A stretch of 61,886 nucleotides of DNA from Arcobacter sp. Its GTDB lineage: Bacteria; Campylobacterota; Campylobacteria; Campylobacterales; Arcobacteraceae. Positions 1 through 12,330 of the stretch are shown in pieces; positions within the stretch are counted from its first letter, which is position 1; every line of letters begins with the position of its first letter. The position numbers and the translations under genes are program-made. The stretch lies in contig JBBITK010000002.1 of assembly GCA_037440805.1 (NCBI GenBank), forward strand, positions 1-61,886. The letters run 5' to 3'. The notes under the pieces are model-generated. The model was not told the origin of the DNA, did no database searches, and saw only the letters and a program-made list of their open reading frames with translations.

Positions 1-207
1 TAGGATTTGCTTCTTTAGATGAAATTTATTTTCATCGCTAAAAGAAGTTAAAAATGAAAAAATGAATAGGTCCCTTTAAAATGGGACATTTAGTAGGCTT
101 TATTCTTAAAGCCCTTTAGGATTTGCTTCTTTAGATGAAATTTATTTTCATCGCTAAAAGAAGTTAAAAATAAAAAAAAGAATAGGTCCCTTTAAAATGG
201 GACATTT
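1..207. repeat. Tandem direct repeat, period 116 bp (copies 1-91 and 117-207), built from short inverted repeats
   Basis: TAGGATTTGCTTCTTTAGATGAAA...GTCCCTTTAAAATGGGACATTT occurs twice with 2 substitutions in 91 nt. The window start may truncate further copies. Confidence 0.92.
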
Positions 208-223
208 TAAAGGAGACAAAGTT

Positions 224-1216
224 ATGGGATTAAAAGAAGATATAAACTACTCTTTATGGTGTGATTTTATTGAAAGAGATTTTTTAGAAAATAGATTTAT
301 AGAGATTATAGAAGATGGAACAATTCACGGAGCAACATCAAATCCAGCGATTTTTGAATCATCTATTACAAACTCTGTTGCTTATAAACAACAACTTGAT
401 ATGTTACAAGCAAACAACGCAAAAACTATTTATGAAGAGTTAGCTTTGGCAGATATCAAAAGAGCTTCTGTTTTATTGGGAGATTTACACAAAAATGATG
501 CTGATGATGGATTTATTTCTATTGAAGTTGACCCTCTGTTATGTGATGATGCACAAGGAACAATAGAAGAAGGAATCAGATTGTATTCTTTGATAGGTGC
601 AGATAATGTAATGATAAAAATTCCAGCAACTCCTGCTGGATATGTTGCAATGAAGGAGCTTACTTCAAGGGGAATAAATGTAAATGCTACTTTGATTTTT
701 TCTCCACAACAAGCAATAGAGTGTGCAAAAGCATTGGATGAAGGGATTAAAGATTCAAATAGAGATATAAAAGCTGTTGTTTCTGTATTTGTTTCAAGAC
801 TTGATAGATTGGCAGATAGTGAGTTTTTAAACAAAGGTTTAGAGACTTCAAAACTTGGAATTATGAATGCAATTAAGTGTTACCATGAGATAAACAAATT
901 CCAAAACCCAAATATTAGAACTTTGTTCGCAAGTACAGGAGTAAAAGGAAATGAATTAAGTCCAACTTATTATGTGGATAATTTGATTTTCCCAAATTCA
1001 GTAAATACTGCACCTTTAGGAACTATTGAAGATTGGTTGAGAGATGGAAGTAAAATAGCAACACCAATTACAAGTGAGAGAGATTGTGATATTTACTTTG
1101 AAAATATCAAAGAAAAAGGTGTGAAAATCGAAGCAATTTACAATAAATTATTGGTAGATGGTTTAGAAGCATTTAAAAATTCGTTTAGAGATTTGTTATC
1201 AAAATTAATAAATTAA
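224..1216 (+). CDS. tal: Transaldolase
   Basis: GATSNPAIF, ISIEVDP, VMIKIPAT, NVNATLIFS and SVFVSR motifs. Start moved to ATG 224, which follows AAGGAG. Confidence 0.95.
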   Translation: MGLKEDINYSLWCDFIERDFLENRFIEIIEDGTIHGATSNPAIFESSITNSVAYKQQLDMLQANNAKTIYEELALADIKRASVLLGDLHKNDADDGFISIEVDPLLCDDAQGTIEEGIRLYSLIGADNVMIKIPATPAGYVAMKELTSRGINVNATLIFSPQQAIECAKALDEGIKDSNRDIKAVVSVFVSRLDRLADSEFLNKGLETSKLGIMNAIKCYHEINKFQNPNIRTLFASTGVKGNELSPTYYVDNLIFPNSVNTAPLGTIEDWLRDGSKIATPITSERDCDIYFENIKEKGVKIEAIYNKLLVDGLEAFKNSFRDLLSKLIN

Positions 1217-1285
1217 GAAAAAATTTAAACATCAATGGATAAAATTTATCCACTGATAAAAATAAAATTTAAAAAAAGGTTTAAT

Positions 1286-2644
1286 ATGAATAATTGGAAT
1301 CCAAATAGTTGGAGAGATTTTCCAATAAAACAGCAACCAGCTTATGATAATGCAGAAGAGTTAAAAAAAGTAGAGGGTGAATTGGCTTCTTACCCGCCGC
1401 TTATTTTTGCAGGTGAAGCGCTAAATTTAAAAAAACAGTTAGCAGATGTTGTAAATGGGAAAGCATTTTTACTTCAAGGTGGAGATTGTGCCGAATCATT
1501 CAATGTATTTAATGCTACAAATATAAAAGATTTATTTAAAGTTATGATGCAAATGGCTGTTGTTTTGACTTTTTCAGGTGGTTGTCCTGTGGTAAAAGTT
1601 GGACGAGTTGCAGGGCAATTTGCAAAACCTAGAAGCTCTGATTTTGAAGATATAAACGGAATTTCTTTGCCTTCTTATAGGGGAGATATTATAAACGATA
1701 TAGATTTTACAAAAGAAGCTAGAAGAGCAGATGAGCAAAAACTAATAAAAGCATATAATCAAAGTGCAGCAACAATGAATCTTTTAAGAGCCTTTTCAAG
1801 AGGTGGTATGGCTGATTTAAATCAAGTTCATTTATGGAATTTGGATTTTGTAAAAGATAACTATTTGGGTGCAAAATATGATGAGTTGGCTAAAAAAATT
1901 AGTGAAACTTTGAAGTTTATGAAAGCTTGTGGAATTACAAGTGAAAATACACCACAACTAAATCAAACAACTCTGTTTACTTCACACGAAGCATTGTTGT
2001 TAAATTATGAACAAGCATTAACTAGAAAAGATTCAATAACGGGTGATTGGTTCAACTGTTCTGCTCATATGTTATGGATTGGTGATAGAACAAGGGCTTT
2101 AAATGAAGCACATATTGAATATTTTAGAGGAATAAAAAATCCAATTGGTTGTAAAGTTGGTCCTTCTATGCAAGAGGATGAACTTATAAGATTGATTGAT
2201 GCTTTAAATCCTTTAAATGAAGCAGGAAGATTGAATTTAATCGTTAGAATGGGAGCAAATAAAGTTGAAGATTTCTTCCCAAAACTTTTAAGAAGAGTAA
2301 AAGCTGAGGGTAAAAATGTATTATGGTCGAGTGATCCAATGCACGGAAATACAATAAAAGCTGAAAATGGTTATAAAACTAGAGATTTTGAAGCAATTTT
2401 AAGTGAAGTAAAACAGTTTTTCCAAATCCATAATGCAGAGGGTACTTATGCAGGTGGAATCCACCTTGAAATGACAGGTCAAAATGTAACAGAGTGTACA
2501 GGAAGTACAAGTGCTGCAATTACTCAAGAGGGACTTGCAAGTAGATACCACACTCAATGTGATCCAAGATTAAATGCTGACCAAGCTTTGGAGTTGGCAT
2601 TTATGATAGCTGATACTTTAAAAGAGGCTAGAAAAGACAGATAG
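1286..2644 (+). CDS. Class II 3-deoxy-7-phosphoheptulonate (DAHP) synthase
   Basis: [33 protein letters not shown] and CDPRLN motifs. Start taken at MNNWNPNSW. Confidence 0.95.
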   Translation: MNNWNPNSWRDFPIKQQPAYDNAEELKKVEGELASYPPLIFAGEALNLKKQLADVVNGKAFLLQGGDCAESFNVFNATNIKDLFKVMMQMAVVLTFSGGCPVVKVGRVAGQFAKPRSSDFEDINGISLPSYRGDIINDIDFTKEARRADEQKLIKAYNQSAATMNLLRAFSRGGMADLNQVHLWNLDFVKDNYLGAKYDELAKKISETLKFMKACGITSENTPQLNQTTLFTSHEALLLNYEQALTRKDSITGDWFNCSAHMLWIGDRTRALNEAHIEYFRGIKNPIGCKVGPSMQEDELIRLIDALNPLNEAGRLNLIVRMGANKVEDFFPKLLRRVKAEGKNVLWSSDPMHGNTIKAENGYKTRDFEAILSEVKQFFQIHNAEGTYAGGIHLEMTGQNVTECTGSTSAAITQEGLASRYHTQCDPRLNADQALELAFMIADTLKEARKDR

Positions 2645-2676
2645 AAAAAGAAAAGGTTTTAAACCTTATCTTTTTT
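2645..2676. terminator. Bidirectional intrinsic terminator
   Basis: AAAAAGAAAAGGTT-TTA-AACCTTATCTTTTT hairpin between convergent genes. Confidence 0.65.
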
Positions 2677-3016
2677 ATAGGAAAGTATTTTTATAAACTT
2701 CTTCATCCCACGCAACAACTAATTTATCATCAAACTCAATAACAGGTCTTTTGAATAAAAGAGGTTCTTTACATAACCACTCAAATTTACCATTTGAATC
2801 AAGATTTAACTCTTTTAAATTTAGAGTTTTATATTTTGTACCCTTTGAGTTAAAAAGTAGATTTATATCAGCTTTTGAAGTCCAAGATTTGATTTTTTCA
2901 CTTGATGGAGTCTCTTTTTTGAAATCAAAAAATTCAACTTCAATATTATTATCTTTGAAAAATTTCAAAGCATTTCTAACACTTCCACAAGTTTTTATTC
3001 CATAAACTGTAATCAT
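2675..3016 (-). CDS. ArsC/Spx/YffB family protein
   Basis: YGIKTCGSVRNA and PLLFKRPVI motifs, 113 aa. Confidence 0.85.
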   Translation of the reverse strand: MITVYGIKTCGSVRNALKFFKDNNIEVEFFDFKKETPSSEKIKSWTSKADINLLFNSKGTKYKTLNLKELNLDSNGKFEWLCKEPLLFKRPVIEFDDKLVVAWDEEVYKNTFL

Positions 3017-3027
3017 AAAACTTCTTC

Positions 3028-3321
3028 TTATTCAATAATTTTTGGAACGATGAAATATCCATCTTCGCTTTTTGGAGCATGTTTTAAGATATGATTTGAA
3101 AGTTCTAAGTTTTGGATAGCCACATCTTCTCTTAATTGTGTTCCACCTTCAACTGGACTAAAAGTAGCCTCAATTCCAGAAACATCAATTTCATTCAAAT
3201 TTTCAACAAAGTTTATAATATCTCCAAGTTCTGATTTTAGTTTCTCTTTTCTTGAATCATCAATCTCTAAACTTGAAAGTTTTGCTAATTTTGCTATTAA
3301 GTTATCATCAACATTAATCAT
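3028..3321 (-). CDS. gatC: Asp/Glu-tRNA amidotransferase subunit C
   Basis: KLAKLSSL, LRED and APKSEDGYFIVPKIIE. Confidence 0.95.
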   Translation of the reverse strand: MINVDDNLIAKLAKLSSLEIDDSRKEKLKSELGDIINFVENLNEIDVSGIEATFSPVEGGTQLREDVAIQNLELSNHILKHAPKSEDGYFIVPKIIE

Positions 3322-3364
3322 TTTTTATCCTTAATTTTTATAATTTATTTTATCAAAAAAGAGT

Positions 3365-4489
<1,125 letters not shown>

Positions 4490-4589
4490 TTAGGAAACCT
4501 TTGTATTAGATATATTCTTTATTATACTAAACTAATCGTTAATTTTTCAGGACAAAGAACTATCAGAGTATTTAAGCTATAATATTTAT

Positions 4590-6020
4590 ATGAAAAAGAT
4601 ATTAATTATTTTAGATGGAATTGTTGCAAAAAAATTGATGCACAGAATTGTTGAATCAAACACGGGAGACAATGCTTATGATGTTGTCTATATGAATGAT
4701 TTAATTTTACCGATTCAAAAACCTTCAAATTTTACATTTTATAAGTTTGACCCCACATCAAAATCTAAATTAGCTATGGTATTAGATAAGGATATTCATA
4801 GTGAAGTGCTAATGGCACTAAATTCAAAAGATGAGATGTTAAGTGTTATAAAAAATATTAGAGAACATAAACAAAATATGCCCATAACTATTCTTGATTA
4901 TTGGGGAATAAAATTAAATGACCCTCATCTTGATATTTATAAAGGTATTGAAGTTTTGGCAAATGGAATGGTTGAAAAGCTTCCAAATGTACCAGTTGTT
5001 GCACAAAATATAGGTCTAAAACAGGGTGAAATAATGGAAATAAGAGTTCCATTTGGTAGCTCTTATGCCTATAGATATGTGGGTTCTATTGAACAAAAAG
5101 AGTGGAAGATTTTTGCTTTATACAGAAATCAAAAGCTTATGAACATAAAACCATCATTAGTTTTAAAGCCAAATGATGTAATTTTGGTAATTGGAAAACC
5201 AGAAGTATTAATGCAGGTTTATAATGCCATTGGTAAAACACAAGGTCAATTTCCAATGCCTTTTGGAAACAATATCTATTTATATTTAGATTTGTATTTA
5301 CAAAAAATAGAAGATGTAAAAAAAGCAGTTGAAGAGGCAAAATTTTTAAATCAAAAATTAAAAAATAGAAAATTAATAGTTAGAATTACAAGACCTACAA
5401 CAGTTGATGTTTTAGATTATATAAAATCTGAATTTAAATACAATGACCCTACATCTGTTTTGATGATAGATTATGCAAATAAAGGTTTTGCAAAAATTGT
5501 AAAAGAGGATTTTAGAAAATCAGATGTTGGAGCGATTATACTAACAAAAGAGATGTTCCGAAATAGAACTCTTGTGGATAGTATTTTAAATCTAAAAGTT
5601 CCAATTTTTAAGTTAGGAAATGAGAGTTTAAAAGCCATAAAAAGAACAGGTGTAATTTTAAATGATAAAAACTCTTATCAACAAATCTCTCCTATAGTTT
5701 TTGATGTTGCAACACAGCTAAAAACAAAGATTAAGCTATTGAATCTTGACCCAATAGGACAAGATGATAATAAAAATGATTTAGTGAACCATTTCGAAAA
5801 TCTATCTAAAATTTTTAATGAAAAAATAGAGGTTGTATCTAGTGGGAAAAACCCTATTAGAGAGTTCAAAAAAGAGAAAAATATTTTACATATTTTACCA
5901 TTGCGAAAATTGAAATTTAAAAAGAGAAATATTTTTGGCTTTTTAAATACAAATAGTGATTTTATCGCTTTTAATATGACAAAATATAATCAACTTCTAG
6001 TACCTATTGTAGAAGAATAA
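4590..6020 (+). CDS. COG3400-family protein with TrkA-C (RCK-C) domain
   Basis: NIGLKQGEIME..VPFGS.YAYR, typical of the Campylobacterota family found next to tgt. Confidence 0.75.
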   Translation: MKKILIILDGIVAKKLMHRIVESNTGDNAYDVVYMNDLILPIQKPSNFTFYKFDPTSKSKLAMVLDKDIHSEVLMALNSKDEMLSVIKNIREHKQNMPITILDYWGIKLNDPHLDIYKGIEVLANGMVEKLPNVPVVAQNIGLKQGEIMEIRVPFGSSYAYRYVGSIEQKEWKIFALYRNQKLMNIKPSLVLKPNDVILVIGKPEVLMQVYNAIGKTQGQFPMPFGNNIYLYLDLYLQKIEDVKKAVEEAKFLNQKLKNRKLIVRITRPTTVDVLDYIKSEFKYNDPTSVLMIDYANKGFAKIVKEDFRKSDVGAIILTKEMFRNRTLVDSILNLKVPIFKLGNESLKAIKRTGVILNDKNSYQQISPIVFDVATQLKTKIKLLNLDPIGQDDNKNDLVNHFENLSKIFNEKIEVVSSGKNPIREFKKEKNILHILPLRKLKFKKRNIFGFLNTNSDFIAFNMTKYNQLLVPIVEE

Positions 6021-6035
6021 ATAAGGAAAATATTA

Positions 6036-7166
6036 ATGAATTTTGAAAAATATCCATTTGAAAAATTAAATGAATTATTAGCAGATATAACACCAAATGA
6101 AGCTTTCGAGCCTTCGGTTTTGACTATTGGTGAACCAAAATTTGAAACACCAACTTTTATTCAAGAGAGTCTAAAAAATTCAACAGACCTTTTAAAAAAA
6201 TATCCATCAACTATTGGGGAACCTTTTTTGAGGGAATCCATGATTAATTTTATAAAAGCTAGATTTGATGTAACTTTAGAAAAAAATCAAGTTTTACCAA
6301 CTTTTGGAACAAGGGAAGTTTTGTTTAACTTTCCTCAATTTGCACTTTTTGATAAAAAAAATCCAGTTATGGCATTTACAAATCCTTTTTATCAAATTTA
6401 TGAAGGTGCAGCGATTGCGAGTAGAGCAGAAGTGATTTATATAAATCTTACAAAAGAGAATGGTTTTAAGGCATATTTGAGTGATGAAGATTTGAAAAGA
6501 TGTGATTTAGTAATTTTAAATTTTCCAAATAATCCAACATCAGCTTCTATGGGAATTGATGAGTTAGGCGAGTGGGTAAAAAAAGCTTTAGAATTTGATT
6601 TTATTCTTGTAAATGATGAGTGTTATAGTGAAATTTATTTTGATGAAAACAAAAAACCAGCATCACTACTTGAAGCTTCTATAAAAGTTGGGAATAGTGA
6701 TTTTAAAAATGTTTTGGTTATGAATTCTATTTCAAAAAGAAGCTCAGCACCAGGGCTTAGAAGTGGAATAATTGCTGGAGATGCGACTATTTTAAAAGAT
6801 TACTTACAATATAGAACCTATATTGGTTGTGCAAGTCCCGTTCCTCTTCAACAAGCAGCAGCATCAGCTTGGAATGACCAAAAACATGTTGCAGAGTTTA
6901 GAAAAATCTATAAAAAGAATTTTGAAATTGCAAATGAACTTTTAGGAACACCAATTCCAGAAGCTACATTTTATATTTGGCTTGAAGTTGATGATGAGAT
7001 AGAGTTTACAAGAAATTTATATAAAGAAAAAAATATCAAAGTATTACCTGGAAGTTTTTTGGGTAGAGATGGTTTAGGAAAAGGTTACATTAGAATTGCT
7101 CTTGTTGAAAATGAAGTGAAAACAAAAGAGGTATTACAAAGATTAAAGGATTTTATAAATGGATAA
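6036..7166 (+). CDS. dapC: Succinyldiaminopimelate aminotransferase (class I/II PLP)
   Basis: YPFEKL, IGEP, NFPNNPT, DECYSEIY and SISKRSSAPGLRSG motifs. Confidence 0.88.
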   Translation: MNFEKYPFEKLNELLADITPNEAFEPSVLTIGEPKFETPTFIQESLKNSTDLLKKYPSTIGEPFLRESMINFIKARFDVTLEKNQVLPTFGTREVLFNFPQFALFDKKNPVMAFTNPFYQIYEGAAIASRAEVIYINLTKENGFKAYLSDEDLKRCDLVILNFPNNPTSASMGIDELGEWVKKALEFDFILVNDECYSEIYFDENKKPASLLEASIKVGNSDFKNVLVMNSISKRSSAPGLRSGIIAGDATILKDYLQYRTYIGCASPVPLQQAAASAWNDQKHVAEFRKIYKKNFEIANELLGTPIPEATFYIWLEVDDEIEFTRNLYKEKNIKVLPGSFLGRDGLGKGYIRIALVENEVKTKEVLQRLKDFING

Positions 7167-7740
7167 AGAGACACTATTTCAAGCAAGAACAAACCCTGAT
7201 TTTTTAAACTATTTGGAAGAGGCAAGGGTTAAATATATGAAAGCAAAAGATATAGCTTTGATGTATGAAACTTTGGATTCTATGTTGGTTTTGGATTTGG
7301 ATGAAGATAAAATAAATGAGTTGTATCAAGAGATTTTAAAAATATCTTTTGAAAATGTCGAAAAAATATTGGCTGAACATAAAAAATTAGATTTAGAAAA
7401 TGAAAATTTGCATTATGCAAGAGCTTTATATGAACACGCTATTGAAAAATGGTCAAATGATAATTTTCAAGGAGCAAAGGAGCTATTTTTTGTTTTGGCA
7501 AATATTGTTGAAGATGAAATTCTGGAAAAAGCTTTAAATATCTTAATAATATTTTTATCATCAAATATTAGTTTAGATGATTTTTATGATACAAAAGTTG
7601 ATTTAGAAGCTGATGTGGATGATGAAAAATATGGATATTTTATTATAAATTTTAGATTTGATAATGAAGAATTTTTAAATGAAAATAAAGATATTTTAGA
7701 GAGTGAATATAAAAATTTAAAACATTTATTAGGAAATTAA
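7159..7740 (+). CDS. Hypothetical acidic helical protein
   Basis: 193-aa ORF overlapping the dapC stop and abutting the murC start. Confidence 0.75.
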   Translation: MDKETLFQARTNPDFLNYLEEARVKYMKAKDIALMYETLDSMLVLDLDEDKINELYQEILKISFENVEKILAEHKKLDLENENLHYARALYEHAIEKWSNDNFQGAKELFFVLANIVEDEILEKALNILIIFLSSNISLDDFYDTKVDLEADVDDEKYGYFIINFRFDNEEFLNENKDILESEYKNLKHLLGN

Positions 7741-9048
7741 TTGAAAGTACATTTTATAGGAATAGGTGGAATAGGTCTTTCTGCCCTAGCTAGATTTTTA
7801 AACTTTGATGGTCACGAAGTAAGTGGTTCAGATATGAAAAGTTCTTTAATTACAAAGGCTTTAGAAGATGAGGGGATAAAAGTTTCATGCCCTCAAAGTG
7901 CTTCAAATATAGATAAAAATTTCGATATAGTAATCTACTCTGCTGCAGTTACAGATGAGAATCCAGAGTTAATAGAAGCAAGACTTAAACAGATAAGAAC
8001 TCTTTCAAGAAAAGAGGCATTACCAATTATTTTAGGTGATAAAAAAAATTATTGTGTTGCAGGAGCTCACGGAAAATCAACAACAACTGCAATGTTGGCT
8101 TCAATTTTAGAAAGTAGTGCATTAATTGGTGCAATTTCTAAAGATTTTGGTTCAAATTTTAGATATGTAAATGATTTGATAGCTTTTGAAGCAGATGAAT
8201 CAGATGCCTCTTTTTTACTTTCAAATCCATATTGTGCAATAGTTACAAATGCTGAACCTGAACATATGGAGTATTATCACTATGATTATGATAAATTTTA
8301 TGGTTCTTATGAAAGATTTTTATCTTTAGCAAAAAAAAGAGTTGTAAATGGTGAAGATAAAGATATACAAAAACTAAAAATTGAAGATGCTACATATTTA
8401 TACCCATCAACGGATATAAAAAATCTTTGCTACACACTAAAAGACAATCAACCTTGTACTAGATTTGATTTAAAAGATTTAGGAACTTTTGAAGTTTGGG
8501 GATTTGGTTTTCATATGGCAACAAATGCCTCTTTAGCGATACTTTCAGCACTTAATGAACTTGATGTTGAAACTATTAGAAAAAATCTTTTAAATTATAA
8601 AGGTATTAAAAAAAGATTTGATATTGTTCAATCAAATGAAAAATTTGTTGTAATTGATGATTATGCACACCATCCAACAGAGATTGAAGCAACTATGAAA
8701 TCTATTGAATTATATGACAATCTTACAAATCTAAATAAAAGAATAGTTCTTTGGCAACCGCATAAATATTCACGAACAAGTGATAATTTAGAGGGTTTTA
8801 AAAAATGCTTTAGAAGATGTGATGAACTTATTATTTTGCCTTTATGGACAGTTGCAGGTGAGAAAAAAATAGATATAAATTTTGAAAAAGAGTTTGCTTC
8901 ATATAATCCTATTTTTGCAGATAGAGTTGTGGCAAGTAATGGAAAAATCGAACTTATAAAAGATGAAAAAATCATTAAAACTTACGATAGTGGAATATTT
9001 TTAGGTGTAGGTGCTGGAGATATTACTTATCAATTAAGACATAAATAA
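7741..9048 (+). CDS. murC: UDP-N-acetylmuramate--L-alanine ligase
   Basis: HFIGIGGIGLS, GAHGKSTTT, EADESD and DDYAHHPTEI. TTG start. Confidence 0.97.
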   Translation: MKVHFIGIGGIGLSALARFLNFDGHEVSGSDMKSSLITKALEDEGIKVSCPQSASNIDKNFDIVIYSAAVTDENPELIEARLKQIRTLSRKEALPIILGDKKNYCVAGAHGKSTTTAMLASILESSALIGAISKDFGSNFRYVNDLIAFEADESDASFLLSNPYCAIVTNAEPEHMEYYHYDYDKFYGSYERFLSLAKKRVVNGEDKDIQKLKIEDATYLYPSTDIKNLCYTLKDNQPCTRFDLKDLGTFEVWGFGFHMATNASLAILSALNELDVETIRKNLLNYKGIKKRFDIVQSNEKFVVIDDYAHHPTEIEATMKSIELYDNLTNLNKRIVLWQPHKYSRTSDNLEGFKKCFRRCDELIILPLWTVAGEKKIDINFEKEFASYNPIFADRVVASNGKIELIKDEKIIKTYDSGIFLGVGAGDITYQLRHK

Positions 9049-9062
9049 AAGTAAAAAATGGA

Positions 9063-9833
9063 TTAGTTTACAAAAACTTTTCCATTTTCAACTCTTATTT
9101 TCCCTTCCAATTCATATTCAAAAATCATAGAAGCATATTTTGTTACAACATCATCATAAATAGGATGGTTTTTACAATACTCTAAAAATTCATCTTTTAT
9201 AGACTCTTTTTTTATATCTCCAAATTTTGATACAAACTCATCAATATTATAAATGGCTTTTGCTAAACCAGTTTTTAGAAGTTGATTTGTTCCTTCACTC
9301 TCCCCAATTCTATGGGGTATTGTAAATACTTCTTTTCCCATTTTAAGGGCATATTCTACACTTCTTAAACTTCCACTATTTAAATCTGCTTGTGTAACAA
9401 CTAGCACATCTCCCAATGCTATAACTAACTCATTTCTTTGAACAAAACTCCAATTTGTAGCTTTGAAATCATCTGCATAGGTAGAAAGTATTAATCCATT
9501 GTTTTCTATATCTTCAATAAGTTTTCTATTTATTGCTGGATATTTATGATTTAATCCACAAGGACTCACCATTATTGTATTGTTTGTTCCTGAAGCTTTG
9601 TGTGCAATAGTATCAACTCCTATTGCTCCACCACTTACAATACAAATATTTAAAGATGAGAGTTTTGAAGCTAATTGGTGAGTCAAAATTTGCGTGTAAG
9701 AAAAAGGTTTTCGTGTGCCTACAAAGGCTATTTTAGGTCTATTAAGTAACTCTAAATTACCTTTATAAAAGATATTTTCTGGATATTTTTTTAATTGTTT
9801 AAAGGCAGATATTTCAAAATCTATTTTGTTCAT
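9063..9833 (-). CDS. dprA: DNA-processing protein DprA
   Basis: AFVGTR, VSGGAIGVD, FVQRN and SGSL motifs. Confidence 0.93.
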   Translation of the reverse strand: MNKIDFEISAFKQLKKYPENIFYKGNLELLNRPKIAFVGTRKPFSYTQILTHQLASKLSSLNICIVSGGAIGVDTIAHKASGTNNTIMVSPCGLNHKYPAINRKLIEDIENNGLILSTYADDFKATNWSFVQRNELVIALGDVLVVTQADLNSGSLRSVEYALKMGKEVFTIPHRIGESEGTNQLLKTGLAKAIYNIDEFVSKFGDIKKESIKDEFLEYCKNHPIYDDVVTKYASMIFEYELEGKIRVENGKVFVN

Positions 9834-9881
9834 AAAAATCCAATATAATAATTTTATTTATTATATCAGATATTGGTTTGT

Positions 9882-11207
9882 TTATTGAAGCTCATTTACA
9901 TAAACAATTTCAACTCCATCAAACAACTCTTTAGCATCTCTTAATACTTTAAATGTTGCTTCATGGGGATGACCTATTGCTAATGCTTTACCTTTTTTCT
10001 TGGCTGTTTTTATAGCTTCAAGAAGTTGTTTTTTTATATAACTATACTCTATTTTATTATCTAAAAAAGTTGTTCTTGAAATATGAGGCATATTATACAT
10101 CTCAGCATATTTTTTAGCATAAGATTTTGAAGCTGTTTTACTATCTACAAAAATAAAGTTATATTTTTTTAGTGCTTGGAAAAGTTTTCCCATTGCTTCA
10201 TCATTACCTGTGAAAACAGAACCTGTATGGTTGTTGGTATATATTGCATTTGGATACCACTCTCTTAATTGTTTTACTCTAGCCTCTATTTTTTCATAGG
10301 AGTCTGTTGTATACAAGGTATTTTCTTCTTCCCCTTTGAAAGCTTTAGATGCTTGCATTGGAAAATGTATCATATAAAAAGGTAAATCTAAAGCAATTTT
10401 TGCAGAATTTTTATGTCCCCTTGTTGGAGGCAAAAAAGCCATATTAACTTTATAACCCATCGATAAAATCCTATTTTTTTGATAGGTTGTAGTAACATCA
10501 TCAATTACGATGGCTAATTTAGGTTTTCCATTTGAGTTATATGCTTCAGTATTATTGTTTTCTTTAGTCTCTATATTTGAAGATTTATCTTCTGTTATTT
10601 CATCATACGCTTGTTTTTTATTTTTAGTTTCTTCTATTTTTGTTTGAGGAGTTTTATTTTCAGTTTTTGTTTCAGTAGGTAAAGAATTATTTTTATTTTC
10701 TAACTCTTTTGCTCTTTGTAACTCTTTAGCTTTATCTTTTTCTAACTCTTCAATATTCTTTTTTATTATTTCTTGAACTGAAGAAGTAGTATTATTTTGA
10801 ATATTTTCTACTTTTGTATCAACTTTTTCTTTATCTTCTTTTTTATTTTCATCATCTTTTATTTTTGATTTATTATCATTTTCTTCATTTTTATCATCAT
10901 TTGGATATTCATCAAATTTATCACTTTTTATTTTTGATGTATCTTCAACTTTCTCTTTTATATTATTTTTAGGTGTTTCCACAACTTTAGGTTCAATAAT
11001 AACTGGTTTAATAGTATCTTTATCTTTTTTTTCAGTTGTTTCTAAAATATTATTTTCTTTCTTTTCTATGGAGTCTTTTTTCATTAAAAAGTAACTTGCT
11101 GTGGCAATGGTACTTGCTATTAGTAAAATAGATAAAAAAATATTTATAGTTTTAATTTTTGAAGGCTTTTTTTTTATTTTTTTAGATTTGTAAGTTTTGT
11201 CTGTCAT
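9882..11207 (-). CDS. Divergent polysaccharide deacetylase family protein (N-terminal TM, K/E/D-rich linker)
   Basis: KLAIVIDD, HFPM, NNHTGS, FVDSKT, FLDN and AIGHP motifs. Confidence 0.9.
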   Translation of the reverse strand: MTDKTYKSKKIKKKPSKIKTINIFLSILLIASTIATASYFLMKKDSIEKKENNILETTEKKDKDTIKPVIIEPKVVETPKNNIKEKVEDTSKIKSDKFDEYPNDDKNEENDNKSKIKDDENKKEDKEKVDTKVENIQNNTTSSVQEIIKKNIEELEKDKAKELQRAKELENKNNSLPTETKTENKTPQTKIEETKNKKQAYDEITEDKSSNIETKENNNTEAYNSNGKPKLAIVIDDVTTTYQKNRILSMGYKVNMAFLPPTRGHKNSAKIALDLPFYMIHFPMQASKAFKGEEENTLYTTDSYEKIEARVKQLREWYPNAIYTNNHTGSVFTGNDEAMGKLFQALKKYNFIFVDSKTASKSYAKKYAEMYNMPHISRTTFLDNKIEYSYIKKQLLEAIKTAKKKGKALAIGHPHEATFKVLRDAKELFDGVEIVYVNELQ

Positions 11208-11229
11208 TATGATTTTCGATAGTGAAGTG

Positions 11230-11254
11230 TTTAAGAGAGGAACCCTCTCTTAAA
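11230..11254. terminator. Hairpin downstream of ilvC
   Basis: TTTAAGAGAGG-AAC-CCTCTCTTAAA perfect 11-bp stem. Confidence 0.7.
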
Positions 11255-11260
11255 TTATTT

Positions 11261-12307
<1,047 letters not shown>

Positions 12308-12330
12308 TTAGGGATTATATCTAAGATAAA

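Noticed and set aside
1-207. CRISPR array interpretation of the tandem repeat
   Set aside because: The repeat is 91 nt with a 25-nt hairpin spacer, only two copies are visible, and there are no cas genes.
197-223. N-terminal extension MGHFKGDKV of Tal
   Set aside because: The ATG lies inside the repeat. The RBS AAGGAG precedes ATG 224.
10520-11080. K/E/D/N low-complexity stretch as a DNA repeat
   Set aside because: It encodes a disordered linker of the deacetylase-family protein and has no regular nucleotide period.
11167-11183. A9/A7 tracts near the 5' end of the deacetylase gene as a phase-variation site
   Set aside because: In-frame lysine codons, common in this AT-rich genome. Campylobacterota contingency tracts are typically poly-G/C, and none was seen.
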